Shown here: piece by piece, positions 26,869 through 64,000 of the stretch
Numbering within the stretch: the stretch's first letter is position 1
Layout of the letters: every line of letters begins with the position of its first letter
From: Hormiphora californensis
Lineage: Eukaryota > Animalia > Ctenophora
DNA length: 64,000 bases
Assembly: GCA_020137815.1 (NCBI GenBank)
Contig: CM035356.1
Location: forward strand, 4,898,001 to 4,962,000
Direction of reading: 5' to 3'
Position numbers and translations under genes: made by a program
Notes under the pieces: model-generated
Told to the model about the DNA's origin: nothing
Databases searched by the model: none
What the model saw: the letters and a program-made list of their open reading frames with translations, nothing else

Positions 26869-27762
26869 TCTTCGTTTCCTGTATCCTTGCCTCCGTGGCT
26901 GCTGATGACTGCGGCGAGGGCTTCTGGGAGTGCGACAAACACGACCAGTGCATTCCCGCGGACTACAAGTGTGACGGATATGACGATTGTGATGATCTCT
27001 CTGATGAGGCCCACTGCGACAACTCTGATAACATCGAATCCTGTGAGTGGGTGTGTGCCGATGGTGGGTGTATCTCTGAGAGCCAGGTGTGTGATGGGGA
27101 GTTTGATTGTGATGACCAGTCGGATGAGGATTCCTGTCGTCACCACCATGATGAGCTGAAGAGTGCAGGCTGTGGCGATGGGGAGACTGAGTGTGCGGAT
27201 GGAACATGCATCCTGTCCGGCTGGTGGTGTGATGGTATGGTGGACTGCGACAACGATGAGACCGAGTGTCCTCCCGATAACCTGGAGAATGTCTGCTCTG
27301 AGAAGGAATGGATGTGTGATAATGGGCAGTGTATTGCTAGCGTGTGGCACTGTGACGGTTCTCCCGATTGTCAGGACGAGACAGATGAGGATAACTGTCC
27401 TCCTGACAACATTGAGTCGGCCGATGACGATGCTGAGGAAGAGGAGGAAGAGGATGCTACGGATGCTGACGACATCAAGGCTGAGGAAGCTACGGATGCT
27501 GAGGAAGAGGAGGAAGCTGAAGACATCAAGGCTGAGGAAGCTACGGAAGAGGAGGAAGAGGAGGAATGCTGAAGACATCAAGGCTGAGGATGCTACCGCC
27601 ACCGCTACAGTGGGAAACATCGAAGATGACGAGGAAGCCAGCATCTGTAATGATTACCAGTTTGCTTGCCAGAACGGCGAGGGATGTATCCCTATGAACT
27701 GGAAGTGTGATGAGATGGACGACTGCAGGGACAAATCTGATGAGGCTGGATGCGATTACTAA
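26869..27762 (+). pseudogene. Second copy of the LDLa-repeat gene, 5'-truncated and frameshifted
   Basis: Highly similar to 19302-20431 but lacks the ATG and first residues of the signal peptide. It has a shorter acidic linker and an extra base near 27566 (GAGGAATGCTGA). Homology continues to 28319 (equivalent to 20994). Confidence 0.75.
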
Positions 27763-28361
27763 GTGTTTGAGTTTTCCCATTATCTTTGAGTTTTGATGTT
27801 TCCGTACAACTGAAATGACTAATTCCACTTGATCACCACTGCTCACCACCCATCTTCGAACATCTGCACAAAACACGGAAACATTTTGGGGCTAATGCAT
27901 GGTTCACTGTGTTAATTGTAAGTATCATGAGCATACTGAAAGGTCCGGCATCCTCTTCAACGGCTGAAATTAAACCATTTCCAAGTATTGAAGGGAGGTC
28001 TGGTGAACATCTTGGAGATATAGTGCTCGGTAATCAAGTTGCTCTTGAAGATGCGTTGCTTCGATAGATTTTTGTACTGCGATTGAGGGTGTAAACTGAA
28101 ACCCCCGGGGCCCAGGGACGCAGCCCCGGCGCCCGGCGGAGTTGTAGGGGGCAGGGCCCCCGCTAGCAGGGTCCAGGTGCTGCAAGCCCCGGTGGGGGTC
28201 GTGCGGGCAAAGTCCCCAGAAAACTTTAGCAGTTTTGAATCATTTTTTGCCCCAGAAATGCATTCGAAAAATAAAAATTCGAAAAGTGCGCGAAAATGAA
28301 AATATTTTTTGTAAAATCACGCTCAAATTTGAAGCACGCGCTCTAAACTTGCGTAGAAGTT

Positions 28362-28465
28362 TTTATTAAATCGCGCGCTACGTCAAAATAAAGTCCGTTT
28401 CAAGCGACTTGACGTCAAGTCGCTTGAAACGGACTTTATTTTGACGTAGCGCGCGATTTAATAAA
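28362..28465. repeat. Perfect 104-bp spacerless palindrome
   Basis: Centre TTGAC|GTCAA at 28413/28414 with matching 52-bp arms. Confidence 0.9.
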
Positions 28466-29064
28466 TTGACCCGTAATTCTTGGAATTTGGCGCATTGCGC
28501 GTGTAAAGTCCGATTTTTAATAAAGCGAACCGCAAAAAATTCCCACGCACCGTGGGAAAGTTTTTTGTCGGTTGTTTCGATCATATCTCTGGCTCCTGAT
28601 AAGATAAAGACTTGATCCTGGTTGCGTTGGAAAGAGAAAAATGTAATCTTTCCAATGCGACCAATGACAAGTCTCTATCTTATCAGGAACCGGATTTAGC
28701 ACGCGCAAATAGAATTATATTATTATTAATGCGCGTGAGCGGTTCGCATTATTAAAAATCGCACTTTATTTACAAAGGGGAAATCCTGAATTTCCAGGAA
28801 TCTCAGGTCAAGTCGTTTGAAACGCACTTTAGCTAATGCGGACTGCTATTTTAGACGTAGCGCGCGAATCAATAAATACTGCAACGGCACGCCAAAGGCG
28901 CGGCCGCGCGGGTTGGAAGAAAAATCTCATTTAAAAAAATTTCGGTTTGACGCGTTTAAAAAAATTCAAAAAATTGATTTGGCATGCGCTGCAGACCCCA
29001 AGTGCGCGCGTTTTCCACGGCTTCTAGGGCCTGTAGCATAGGCCAAAAAATTGATCGTTTTTTT

Positions 29065-29218
29065 AATGAGGCCCCTCGGAAATGTTCAAGTCATGCACAA
29101 TCAAGTCACGCCCACCAATCACAGCTCAGAACGCGCGGAGTGTTTCGCGCGTTCTGAGCTGTGATTGGTGGGCGTGACTTGATTGTGCATGACTTGAACA
29201 TTTCCGAGGGGCCTCATT
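29065..29218. mobile_element. Hairpin MITE with about 72-bp arms
   Basis: aatgaggcccctcggaaatg...gaacgcgcg [short loop] cgcgcgttc...catttccgaggggcctcatt. Confidence 0.8.
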
Positions 29219-29890
29219 TTTCTCTTTTTCCCTCCATTATCCCTCCATTATCCGAACTGTAAAAGTGAGGACGCGTCTGCATCGCCCCTGCTTTTAGGCC
29301 AAGAGAAGTGGGACAATGATGTGCCAGGGGCGGTAGCCTCGGTCAGGGGCTGTGGGGGCAGCGCCCCCGCAGGCAGGGTCCAGGGGCAATTCAAAATTTC
29401 GCAGTTTTCATTGATTCTTTTTGTTTTGTTTTTTCAATTTTTCTTCTTTTCTCTCTCCGTCTTTTTGGCCTGGGTGTCCGTGGACACTCGGACGCCCACG
29501 AGCGCAGTCCCTGAAGTGTGCACCTCTGACCTCAGAGAGAGCCCAGTGGGCACGTTACATTTTATTTGTAGCCATCATTATTTCGATGATGAGAGCCGCA
29601 CACTGCACACTGCACCGCTCCTGTGCAGGAAAGATGGTTGGGAGAATGACATTTTTGGGGGGAGGGAGGATTGGGCACCGGGCGCTTGCAAGCGCTTGCA
29701 AGCGCTATGATTCAGAAAATCCTTACTAATGAATTATATTGATATCTGTGTTAAATTATAATCAGTGGGTGTAGGTGTGGGATGTGTTTACTGTTTATTC
29801 TTAAACTCCATGTATGTGTGTGCACTGCATGTATACAACTGCTGGTAACATGGGGCATGAGTTGTGGAATACTTCAAAAGCTAATGGTTA

Positions 29891-30152
29891 TAGTCGAATT
29901 TTTTAATCAAGGGACAGGGGGCCGCACATTTACAAAAGTATTTTTGCGCATGCTAAACGTTTTCGCTTATATCTCCCGTTCCTGATAAGATAAAGACTTG
30001 ATCTTGGTTACGTTGAAAAGGTCTTAAAATTATCTTTCCAACGCTTCCGGGTTCAAGTCTTAAGATTGCCAGGAACTTGATCTCGATTATCACACGCAAA
30101 AAGACTTTTGTAAATGCGCAGCCCCCTGTCCCTTGATTAAAAAATTCGACTA
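29891..30152. mobile_element. MITE with TA TSD
   Basis: TIR TAGTCGAATTTTTTAATCAAGGGACAGGGGGC; TA at 29889-90 and 30153-54. Confidence 0.88.
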
Positions 30153-31025
30153 TAGAAGGGTGTCTGTCGGTGGTATCACACTTGTAATCTGTACCTGGAT
30201 ATAAAGTAAAGAGGGTGAAAACCATGGCCTCAGCTAGATGCATAATAATCTGATCATACTCCTCACTGGGGTCCTTCACATCATCGTACAGGAAGACAGC
30301 CAATGTCGGTTGCGCGGTAGCAGAACAGGGAACTGTGTAGGTCTGGTGCTTTAAGTCTGCAACCGACTTAACAGAGTCGATACTACCACAACTGGTGTTT
30401 TTGGATGACCCGATGAGGGTCACTTCTGTGCCGATTAATCGCTTTAGAGACGGTTCAGGAACCCCTTCAAACCTATCATAAAAGTGAGAAGGGTACATTT
30501 TGAAATTTGTTTTTTTCAACTGTTTGATCGAAATTGAACAAGTAAAGAATAAAATTAAGAACAAGAAAAAAAATTATAATTCTTAAATACAGTCGGACCC
30601 CGATATACCGGGCCCCGATTTACCGGAACCCCGATTTACCGGGAGGATAAACTTCCCCGAATATAGGATTTGAACAGTATTTTACCCCGATATACCGGGC
30701 ACTCCGATTTACCCGGCAAAACCCTTTCCCCCGAGCATCCCGGTAAATCGGGGTCCGACTGTATTAAGTGCAGAAACTAAAAAAAGTCAAATTACCTATT
30801 GATGATAACCACCTTCTCCACCTTGGTCTCTTTTGGAAGAATCAATTTTAACCACTCTGGTTTTTTATCGAGACTTGAGTGGTACAATGTAGTAGTGTTT
30901 CCATCTACCACGTTTCCGGGAGCTTTCCCACCCCACTTTGTCCTCGAAATAACTTCACGAACAGGTACTTGACGAGATTTGCCACGAGTAGTTGCCACGA
31001 ACAATAGAAGAAGAAGAAACATCAT
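29953..31025 (-). CDS. Secreted F5/8 type C / fucolectin-like (discoidin-fold) protein
   Basis: Exon 1 31025-30796 (signal peptide MMFLLLLLFVATTRG; VVDGNTTTLYHS...PEWLKL...VEKVVIINR) splices in phase to the exon starting at 30472 (...CGSI...YTVPC...MHLAEAMVF). The 3' end is uncertain because of a MITE or a possible donor near 30195. Confidence 0.7.
30590..30761. mobile_element. Tc1/mariner(pogo)-type MITE, CAGTCGGACCCCGAT family
   Basis: TIR CAGTCGGACCCCGAT / ATCGGGGTCCGACTG with TA TSD. Relatives lie at 33266-34095, 41855-41922, 48419-48521 and 59261-59314. Confidence 0.88.
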
Positions 31026-31804
31026 CTCTATTCGTTAGGCGACAGTGCTCCTTCATAAAACAGATCGGCTGCTAAACTAAAAGAAATAAAGTGGCATATT
31101 AGTAGGCCAGTGCACGTAGAATAAATTGCTTTGTTCAGGCTCTGTCGCACAGAACAACAGAAAATGACACTGCAGCCCAAAATTTCTATAGGTCCATATA
31201 ATCCTGCACCTAACTCGGAGCTCCAGCTATTGCTGACCGCTAATACTGCAACTGGCTCCCTAGTATTGCAACTATTATATAGAATCACGCACAGGAATAT
31301 TACTATTATTCTCTTGGCTCTCTTTACAAGGTCACGCATGCAAGAGGGGTATGGGCCATTGGGCATGGTGCCCAATCTTTATTAAGCAAGAGAGAGAGAT
31401 GTCAATAATGGCGATTGATAGCTAGCTTTTCTGATTAGTAGTAAATAATAAGTTATTGAGGATAATGAAGATTATTCAGAATAATCCTCATCACGTACAC
31501 CACGCACGCAGCTGGCTAACGGAGCTAGCTAACGGAGCTGAATAACGGAACTTACTTAGAATCATACTGCTCACATCACCCTCACCCTGTACAAAATGAA
31601 AAAGTTTTAACTGGCTCTGTGCATATAATATTGTGTCAATTAACGGGCACCTCAGAGTGCATTCAAGTGATACATACAAGAATGAACTACAACACGCCTA
31701 ACACCCTGTAGTTTGGTTTGGTTTGGTTCGAAATGAAACAAACATGAAACTACAACACGCCTAATACCCTATCTAGTCTTATGATGTGAAATAACGTGAG
31801 GGAT

Positions 31805-60107
<28,303 letters not shown>

Positions 60108-60595
60108 AACACGTCCCCTAGGGTGTTTCTACCGTGTTGTATTCAGTGTGTATTATAAATATATATTTTGGCGCAACAGCTGCTGAAAAAAGAGACCCAA
60201 AGATGGGATTGGAGAGAATGGAGGAGAAAAAGGAGATAATATTTGAACCTTGAATTCTTTTACAGGGTGTGTTTGAGGGTTGCGTTTGTGTGCATGGCTT
60301 ATTATTACTCAGATGTTTATCAAGTTAAAAAATTGCTGTTTTCCTGTCTCAAAACCAAAAACAACTCAGTTGTTGGGCATGGGTTGAAGGTTGAATGGCG
60401 GTAACTGGGGTGTTGGTCAATACGTAACGCGCAGGTTTGCAAATGCGCTTCTTACAATGTGCAACCATATTGTCAGCATTTTAAAACTGGGTACGCGCAA
60501 TTACAGCGCTGCGCTTAAATTATTAAATTGCGCGGGGGAAACGTTCCAATCCAAAATATATAGATCCGCTGACAAACGCGAACGGGCAAAGGGTC

Positions 60596-60886
60596 AGAGA
60601 GGTAGAGGGAGGAACATTCACCCCTCTCGTCATGAGCACCTTTGGCGGCATGGGAGATGAGTTTGAGAAATTCCTCAAGAAGTTATCGAAGAGGGTTTCA
60701 GACAAGACTCAGGAACCCTATGCTGAAGTTATCAGCCACTTCAGAACAAGGCTGAGATTCGGACTTTTGAGGGCCTGTCTGATCGCCCTTAGAGGGAACA
60801 GGAGGAAGATCGTGCCCATCAATATGCACGAAGTTGAACTTTTAACGTAAAATGACGAGATTTTAGTTACTATTTATTTATTTATA
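60596..60886 (+). mobile_element. 3'-terminal fragment of a CRE-clade (RLE-type) non-LTR retrotransposon
   Basis: TFTPLVMSTFGGMG...FLKKLSKRVSDK...YAEVISHFRTRLRFGLLRACLIALRG resembles the C-terminus of the CRE-type restriction-like endonuclease; followed by a (TTTA)n tail. Confidence 0.7.
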
Positions 60887-61433
60887 AAACGTTAAAATCT
60901 GGGTGCCTTTCATTGCTAACAATTCGTAGTTTTAGCGCGCGCGACGGGTTAGGGCTATCTGTTAGGGTCTGGTTGGGGTTATCGGTTAGGGCTATCGATT
61001 CTCTATCAGTTACCGTTTAGTTTATTCAAATTGGCCATGTTTTTTCCCGTGTCCTGTCTGCTGTCTCTCGCTATCACTGCCACCACTACCCTACTTCCAG
61101 ACCCACACTCCAGCTCCCTTATATCCCACCTATGACCTGCTGTCTAAATCCTACATCATTCCTTCCTGGAACTAAATAGTCTGCCTCCCTGTCCTTACAT
61201 GGTTCGCTCCTGGGCTCTCGTGTCCTGTCTGCTGTCTCAAGTTTCAAACTTTCATCAACTACAACGTAAAACTATTTATTGAGGCGAAAGCCATAGATAT
61301 GTGATACGTTGATAACCTGAGATAATAACGATCAAGGTACTGTTATCTACTCCTTTTGCGGCCAACAACGACAACTGTGAGTACACACAATTCCCCCGAT
61401 CCCCACTCCACCATTGAATCCTGCACACCCACC

Positions 61434-62903
61434 ATGCCTGCTAAGACAAGAAGTGGGGCGGAATTTTCACCTTTCGATGCTGAAACCCCCACCCTTGATG
61501 AGACAATCATTGTCCAAACCCTAGCCCATCCCAACCCTGCAAATCATCTATCAACACCTCCAAGAACCAAGAACTTTCCATTGCCAATTCAAACTCCACG
61601 CCATTTCACATCGGCTCAACAATGTCTATGCAATGGGACCAAATCAAGTGGGCGTATGATCAAGTGTGTCACATGCAAATGCTGCTACCATGACGAGTGC
61701 GTTAGCTTAAAATCCCTGAGCAAATTCCTTGAAATCTCTGAAGAGGGCCTTTTATGCGTTGATGACTGGGTTTGCCCGGAGTGTATCGTTACTGCCCGGC
61801 TTCTTCGAGCCGGTAGTCCCTTGTTTGACGCTATTGCCACTAAAGCAGCTAAACTGATGGCTGACCAATCAAACATCCATAACAACTCTCACCTTGACTC
61901 AACAGTTAATGCATGGCAACCAACAACCACTCCCGTTCAATCTGAAACCAGTATCTTGAACAATGAACATTTTCCACCGCTACCCTCATCCAACTGTAGC
62001 TCCTCACGTCAACTCACCGACACAACACCCACGGACAGAACTAACAATGCCACATCTCGTTCAGGTGTCCAAAATAAAACCCCTCCTAAGGTAACACCGA
62101 GAAAAGTACTTCCACCACAGCCTCGATTGACAATCCACTGTGATGATGTAAAGGAGACGCGGACTGCTATCGATAAAGCCTTGGAAACCATACCTATTTC
62201 TCAAGCAAGGAACTTTTCTTCCTCGGTAAGAATTTGGTTTCCCAATGAGGAATGTCAACGATTGGCCTCTGAAAACTTGAAGACTGCTGGAGTGCTAGAG
62301 AAAAATGTCAGAGTGTCTGCTGAGGTAATGTCGAAAGTAGAACTTAGGTTTGTTCCTGTTGACTTACTTCCAAAAGATGCCACAACTGAGGAATGTAGGA
62401 AATTCTGTCTTGAGAAGTTAACTGCAAAGAATGAAGTTCTGAGGACCTGCAAAGACCTCTCAATTGTCTATTTCAAACGCATGCAGGCAGACCCGGATCT
62501 AGCCACAGTAGTCTTGAAACTGCCAGTACAATTGAAGGACAAGCTAATGGCTGACGGAAGGGTCTTCTTCCAAATGTCCTCCGTCAGAGTGTCTCATCGC
62601 GTACACATCAAGAGATGTCCTCACTGCCAAGCCCTCGGCCACTACCCTGATAAATGCCCGAAGAAATCCCATCCAGCGACATGTATGTATTGTGCAGAGG
62701 AACATTCTACTGAAAGCTGTTCACTGAAAGAGGACACTGAGAAACACTGCTGTAAAAACTGTATCAACAATTCAGGACTCTCCTCAGATGTTAAACCTCA
62801 CCATGCTGGCTCATCTAAATGCCCAACGTACAAAGAGCACTATGATCGTATGTCAAAAAACTACCGTCAACGCAGCACCTTGCTCTCAAATACGGCAATC
62901 TAA
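61434..62903 (+). CDS. LINE ORF1 with PHD finger and CCHC zinc knuckles
   Basis: CLC...MIKCVTCKCCYHDEC...WVCPEC (PHD); RCPHCQALGHYPDKC, CMYCAEEHSTESC, CKNC...H...C. Confidence 0.9.
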   Translation: MPAKTRSGAEFSPFDAETPTLDETIIVQTLAHPNPANHLSTPPRTKNFPLPIQTPRHFTSAQQCLCNGTKSSGRMIKCVTCKCCYHDECVSLKSLSKFLEISEEGLLCVDDWVCPECIVTARLLRAGSPLFDAIATKAAKLMADQSNIHNNSHLDSTVNAWQPTTTPVQSETSILNNEHFPPLPSSNCSSSRQLTDTTPTDRTNNATSRSGVQNKTPPKVTPRKVLPPQPRLTIHCDDVKETRTAIDKALETIPISQARNFSSSVRIWFPNEECQRLASENLKTAGVLEKNVRVSAEVMSKVELRFVPVDLLPKDATTEECRKFCLEKLTAKNEVLRTCKDLSIVYFKRMQADPDLATVVLKLPVQLKDKLMADGRVFFQMSSVRVSHRVHIKRCPHCQALGHYPDKCPKKSHPATCMYCAEEHSTESCSLKEDTEKHCCKNCINNSGLSSDVKPHHAGSSKCPTYKEHYDRMSKNYRQRSTLLSNTAI

Positions 62904-64000
62904 ACTGCAGATCGATGAACAACAAGCTTGGTGAAATCTACGGGGCGTGCTGCGATCTTGACCTTGACGTACTCGGTTTGACAGAAACCTGGCTAGAAGA
63001 CGGTGATGTAGTCACTCCTGCGCTGATGAAAGAACTGGGATACAATCTCTATAGTTCGGCAAGAGGGGCAAGAGGAGGCGGCGTTGCTATCTTAGCGAGG
63101 AAAGCATTACGTGTAATACCTATCAAGACTAAGAACAAGCCAACAACTTTTGAATGTATCGAAGCTACGATCGAAGGCGGGCATCTTCAGAAAACTAGAT
63201 TGGTTGTGGTATACAGACCTCCATCCTCTTCCAAGAGGGAGTTCTTGGCAGAATTCGAAGAATACATATCGTCACTAAACGGCCTCAGTGGACACCCTGT
63301 TATTTTGGGCGATTTCAATATCCATACTGAGGATGACGATGACCATACTTCGAACTCCTTCCGTGATTTGCTTGTGGATGAGCGATGGACACAGCATGTT
63401 GAGGATCCAACTCACGAAAGTGGCGGTACATTGGACTTGGTAATAAGCAGAGATGATGAAGCTTCCCCTAGGATTAGTGCAGTCGAGGTTGCAAAGTCCT
63501 CTGTTTCTGACCATTATGCTGTCACATTCTACTTACACGTCGGAAAACCAATTCAGCGAGAAAGAAAAGCTGTTCTGTGCAGAAACATGAAAAAGCTCAC
63601 CGTTGAGGTCCTATCTATGAAAATAGATGAGTCACCGCTGATGTCAAGTCCACGTCCCTCTACACTGGAAGGGTGTCTCAACCTGTATAACGTCTCACTT
63701 CGAGAAATACGGGATGAGATAGCTCCACTACAGGAAAAGGTTATTAAAGACTCGGATCACCCACCTTGGTATGATAAACTATGTGAGGAAGCTAAAACCT
63801 CCCGCAGGACACGAGAAAGAGCTCTAAAGACCACCTTGAAAGACTCCACGAAGAAAGAAGAACACAAAGAAGCTAGAACAGCGCTGAATAAAGCTATGAA
63901 AGAAACATCCAGATTTCTCATGAAAACCAGGATAAATTTCTATCGTGGAAAGCTTGACTACGTGGCTGATGATCCAGCTGCTGTCAGTGGGTTAATCAAC
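62846..64000 (+). CDS. LINE ORF2 N-terminus (APE endonuclease), runs off the window
   Basis: YGNLNCRS, GLTETWL, RGGGVA, VYRPP, ILGDFNIH, GGTLDLV, SDHY read in one frame that opens at 62846. Confidence 0.9.

Larger units (their letters stand above)
61000..64000 (+). mobile_element. Apparently full-length-start L2/CR1-group LINE (5' UTR, ORF1, partial ORF2)
   Basis: Two-ORF organisation; the 5' boundary is approximate. Confidence 0.85.

Noticed and set aside
31028-31385. Short ORFs as the missing mannosidase N-terminus (type II anchor)
   Set aside because: There are no GH47 motifs and no convincing splice path to 25468.

Overview
Intron-rich, repeat-rich animal genomic DNA. It resembles a non-bilaterian such as a ctenophore, which is inference only. 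Spliced genes reconstructed by hand from GT-AG junctions: the 3' part of a laminin-EGF/TSP1 protein (+), the 3' part of an RNF34/RFFL-like RING E3 ligase (-), the 3' part of a GH47 alpha-1,2-mannosidase (-), a secreted F5/8-type-C/fucolectin-like protein (-), and a complete 12-exon p55-family MAGUK (MPP2/MPP6-like, +). There is also an intronless secreted acidic LDLa-repeat gene with a damaged duplicate. Introns contain three LINEs, a CRE-type fragment, many MITEs and foldback palindromes (some nested, with clear TSDs), and tandem repeats. Two signals stand out. (1) Two divergent two-ORF LINEs both place an A_AAA_AAC slippery heptamer at the ORF1/ORF2 overlap, with ORF2 in the -1 frame and no Met before its first endonuclease motif, which suggests -1 programmed ribosomal frameshifting. 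(2) Tandem repeats repeatedly start exactly at splice junctions and amplify the splice site itself, up to roughly 55 copies of one donor.
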